Assembly: GCA_012295275.1 (NCBI GenBank)
Contig: CM022666.1
Location: forward strand, 1,798,001 to 1,862,000
DNA: 64,000 bases
Direction: 5' to 3'
From: Chrysomallon squamiferum
Taxonomy: Eukaryota; Animalia; Mollusca
Numbering within the stretch: position 1 is the stretch's first letter; each line of letters opens with the position of its first letter. The position numbers were made by a program, and so were the translations under genes. Shown piece by piece: positions 54,665 to 64,000 of the stretch. A model generated the notes under the pieces. The model was not told where the DNA came from. It searched no databases and was given only the letters and a program-made list of their open reading frames with translations.

Positions 54665-57600
54665 AATAAAAAAAAAAGGTTTAAATTTTAGTTTTGTTCT
54701 GTTTCATAGCATGGGTGAAATCTAAAAAACTAATAATAATAAATCTAAAAAATCTAAAAATTTCGTATCATCAACTTTGTCAAAATAAAAATCATTTTAA
54801 TACATATGGAGAACAGATTATCATTTTCTCAGATTGTTGTATATAATCCACACACACCTGAATTCTGCTATGCATTTTACAAAAACCCATTCATTCAAAA
54901 ATTCTAGAAAGCTCTCTAAACTCGTCTACAAAACCAAATATAAAACAGTGCATAGAAAAATAATTTAAAAAAAAGAGGATAATATTCTAAGTTTTTACCC
55001 TGCAATGTGACAAAGCCATGTATATAATTATTTATGATTTGGACCTATATTCCATAGATAATATTTATCCAAACTAATTCAAAGATAATATTTTATCTAT
55101 GTACGTTATTTTTATTTACTGTTTTGTTAATGCCACTAGAGTTTAGTTAAAAATACAAGAACAAAAAAAGCTTTAATACATTGATTAATTTTTTATATGA
55201 TTTAAATTTATATATATAAAATAAAAAAATAAAAAATAATAATAATAATAAAAATTTAAAAATAATGAAATAGAATAAAATAAATTTATATTCCCGAAAA
55301 CTCATAAATGTAATTAAATATGGCTGAAAATGATTTTACAAATCTACAAAAAAAATAAAAAATAAAAAAATAAATTAAAAATATTAAATGAGATCAGAAT
55401 AATGACAAACAGAGAATATGTAATAAGACAGGTATTTACTATAATTATGTTATATATATGTAATATTTTACAGTTCAGCTATTGCCAAATACACATACAC
55501 AGAACCAGTCTGCTTTGTTAACAGTATTGCATTGAATACATTGCAACAATCAGTGAACTATGAGACAATTATAAAAATCTTTATTTTAAGTTTTGGTATC
55601 TAAGAAAAATACAGATTGTGTTAACTTTTCAGAAAAAAATGTGATTTACAAATAATTAAATTTATTTAAGTAAAAATAAAACATTTTATTTCAAATTTTT
55701 TTTATTAACACTTTAAAAAAAGCAGAAAATTATTTTCAAATAAAATAAAATAAAATAAAATAAATTAACGGCAAGAATATTAGCCCTTAAATAAAGATAA
55801 TTAACTCATACAACTTATGATAAGCACTACAAATGCATTTAATATATTTTTTAAAATTCTTTTTTGGTTTCTATGAAAATCTAACATTTTCTTTCCTATA
55901 TTTAACATCATTCATTGTATTTTAATTATACTGATAATTAAATAATAATAATAATAATAATATTAATAACTGCTCATAAGAGTAAAATGATTAATAATAA
56001 AATTTTAACCAGCATCCTTCTTGTAATTATTTTGTCATTTACCTAAAATTCGGAATTTCAAAATGCAAGTGTATCGAAAACAAAATTATACGAAAAGGAT
56101 GAAGGAATGCTTTACACATTTAAAAATTCTTTTACTGAGGCAAGAAAGTTAATCTGTAAAATACAAGTCAAATTTACTCATTTTATTTGAGTAGAACAAA
56201 AATGTTTGAGAATTTAAAGTTAACATGACTACTTTCATCTCCTGAAAATGATGCCAACATTTTGGTTTATGTTTCCTTGAAGTGCTAGCCAACTCAAGAA
56301 ATGAATACAAAACAATCAATTAAAAAAATAACAAAAAGTAAAAAACTGAAAAAGTGACAATAATATTCTAAACACAGAATACAATTACAATTTTGTCAAC
56401 ATTCTTGCTATATGAAATGATAAAATTTAAGAAAGGATAATGATTTTAAATATGAATTAATGAATAATAACAAAAACGATAATAATAATAATATTAATAA
56501 TAATAATAATAATAATAATTGTAGTAGTAGTAGTAGTAGTAGTAATAATAATGATAATAATTTACAGTATTTGAATTTCTGTACACGAAATAATGAGCTA
56601 AGTATATGATAATAAAAAATAAAAAAAGATACAATAATAATATTGTTGCTATAACTGGCAGTTTGACATAAACCTAAAACCATTATAGAAGCAAAAATAA
56701 AAAATCAAATCAAATAAAATAAAGTAAACAGAAAATACATTTAACAAAATAATGTTTTAAAGACATGGTTATGCAGTCAAGGTTGATAATATTAAAAAGT
56801 TTCTCTTTGTAACCAGCAGCCATTTTTTGATATACAAAAAAAAAAAAATGTTACGACATTTCAGAAAACACGTTTTCGGAGACAAAAGATTTTGCAAACC
56901 AATACAATGAATATCATTTAACTTTTGTTAAAACATTTTATAAAAACAAATCTATGACACTAAGACTGTTAAACACACACACAGACAGACACTAATCCAC
57001 TGTTTAATGGGAGCAAAGTGAACCCTCCCTTATTAAGAAAGACCTGACAACACATTTGTTTTCTGCATTTTCCTTTTCTTTTCTTTTCTTTTTTACTTTC
57101 TTTAGAAACCTCTTTCATCTCAAAAACTTATATCCATTGCAGTGTCCTTACTGTCCACATCTAACCTAAGAGTCTAAACTGTTTTGAAAGCACAAAGTTA
57201 ACATGTCAGTGTCCATTGAAAAAAATAAAATAAAAAATACATTTTCGTACATTTTGATAGTTCCGTTCAGTAAAAATACTACACCACCTTTAAGTCTTGC
57301 TCGTAAAATTATGAATAAATATAAAATATTTTTATATATTTTTTTTTTTTTTAAAACTGTGATTTGGCTCTGCATCTAGCTATGAAGAATTTTGTACAGT
57401 GATATATTTTACTTGTGACCAAACAAGGTACATAGTGAAGACAAAAGCCCCACAAAAACACGAAGGGTAAAAATTTGCTTTTTGTTTGTCAAATAAACAT
57501 TAATGACTCATTTATTCCTTGTTTTTTAAAATCTTTTTTTTTTTTTTTTATCAACATTCAACCAAAATCAATAAATTCCCTAGATCTATTTGAATGATTC

Positions 57601-58679
57601 TTAATAATTAAAATTAAAAAAAAAAAAAAAAATAGCAATAATAAGCAAAAAATATACTCTCTGCTGAAGTTGGAAATATTTAAATGCTTATGAAAATACA
57701 AAACAAATTATCATTTTCAATATATATTTTTAAACAATGTTCATATTATTTTACATAACTTAAAATATTTTTTTTTTTTTATAAAAACATTTCTCCTTTT
57801 TGGTGAAAAAAAGATCCTTAGAAAACAAATGTTTCACTATGAAACAAAACCAAGCATACTGAATTGACTAAAACATAAGAAGAAGAATAAGGTTACTAAG
57901 GACAGGATCATCATGTTACAAACTCAACACATGGTTTATGTTTGTAAAAACAAGAAAAGTAAACATATGAATTCATTCACAGCTGGGATTGGAGTATTGA
58001 TATGACAGCAGTGCCTCTGCTACTGCTGCTGTTGTTGTAGTTCTAGTTGTAGTTGTAGTACCTCATTTCTTTTGGAAGCCATGTCTATTACAGTTCATGA
58101 TGATGATCACGTTCCAATTTACAATCACTGCTGTTGTTTTTTCTTCATTTTGTGTAGCAATGTATTTGGGAGATTTTGGGGGATTTTTTTGTGTACACAT
58201 CTGATTTTGGCCAAATTGTGTTCATCATCATAGTGTTTTTTGTTTCGTTTTATTGTTTTTTAAATTCTTCTTCTTTTCTACACATTTATATATTAGTTTT
58301 TATTTCTTATTTATTTCTTTTAATTTATTTATTCATTTATTTTTTTTTTTTTATGGCAACAAGTGATGTTATTCTTTTTCTTATTGCTATTTTTTTTCTT
58401 TTCTCAAATAGTTACAAAAAAAAAAAAGAAGAAGAATAAATAAATCAAATAAATAAATAATAAATAAAAATAAATAAATAAATAAATAAATCAAATAAAA
58501 ATCAAATAAAAAATGGCATTTTTATTTGTCCCTTTTCTCTGTAGATATTCTTACTTTCGACAAACGATGGTGACAACAGTTTCGTAAGTGTTTTCCTTTT
58601 GTTTTCTCTCTTTTTGAGAATTGTTTTTGTTTAGTTTCAATAAATGCTAACCACAAGGTGATTCAAACACCTGCCCTCA

Positions 58680-63595
<4,916 letters not shown>

Positions 63596-63871
63596 CTATA
63601 CGGGAAAACAAGGACACAACATTAAAAAACAGTCTCAGAACTTCTCTCTCGCAAAACACTACGTCATTTCAGATTCCTCAACGTCTGCAACAGTTTTAAC
63701 TACCAACGTAATTACAACGTTATTGAAATTTAAAAAAAAAAAAAAAGTTTATCTATATCAGTGTGATATTTTCATTATTGTTAACAAAAATATACATTTA
63801 TGTGAGATATAATTTTTTTTAATTATTTAATCTTGTTATATATAAACTTGGATTTGTCATAGTAGCAAAAA

Positions 63872-63904
<33 letters not shown>

Positions 63905-64000
63905 TATTATTTTTAACGAAATTTTAAGTATGTATATTTATGTTCAGCAACAAAAACAACAACATAATTTCTAATTCGTATATTAATAATTATTTTTTAA

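Overview
Intron-containing, AT-rich, microsatellite-dense animal genomic DNA; a mollusc or other lophotrochozoan is my inference from protein style and repeats, not something shown. Most long ORFs in the supplied track are microsatellite artefacts. By placing GT-AG junctions and checking codon phases by hand, I reconstruct three minus-strand genes. (1) 12925->265 or 245: an 8-exon type II membrane protein of at least ~2360 aa, with a short cytoplasmic N-terminus, one TM helix, a ~1970-aa Ser/Thr mucin-like stalk (one exon is 4.9 kb), two Ig-like domains and a chitin-binding type-2 (CBM14) domain. This is a VCBP-like Ig-Ig-CBD head on a membrane-tethered mucin stalk and is the most striking item. 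(2) 39847->23003: a complete 14-exon group IV cytosolic phospholipase A2 (1083 aa) with N- and C-terminal extensions, the latter ending in an FFAT-like motif. (3) 63595->58680: the 3' end (CNH domain) of a misshapen/MAP4K4/TNIK/MINK kinase, with a candidate 63-nt cassette exon. Between genes 1 and 2, and inside a cPLA2 intron, lies a tRNA-Gln cluster of 4 intact copies and 3 decayed relics, around a frameshifted repeat-protein ORF. Intron 1 of gene 1 holds an inverted copy of one of its own exonic 30-bp coding repeats. Exon models come from sequence only and need RNA-seq confirmation.
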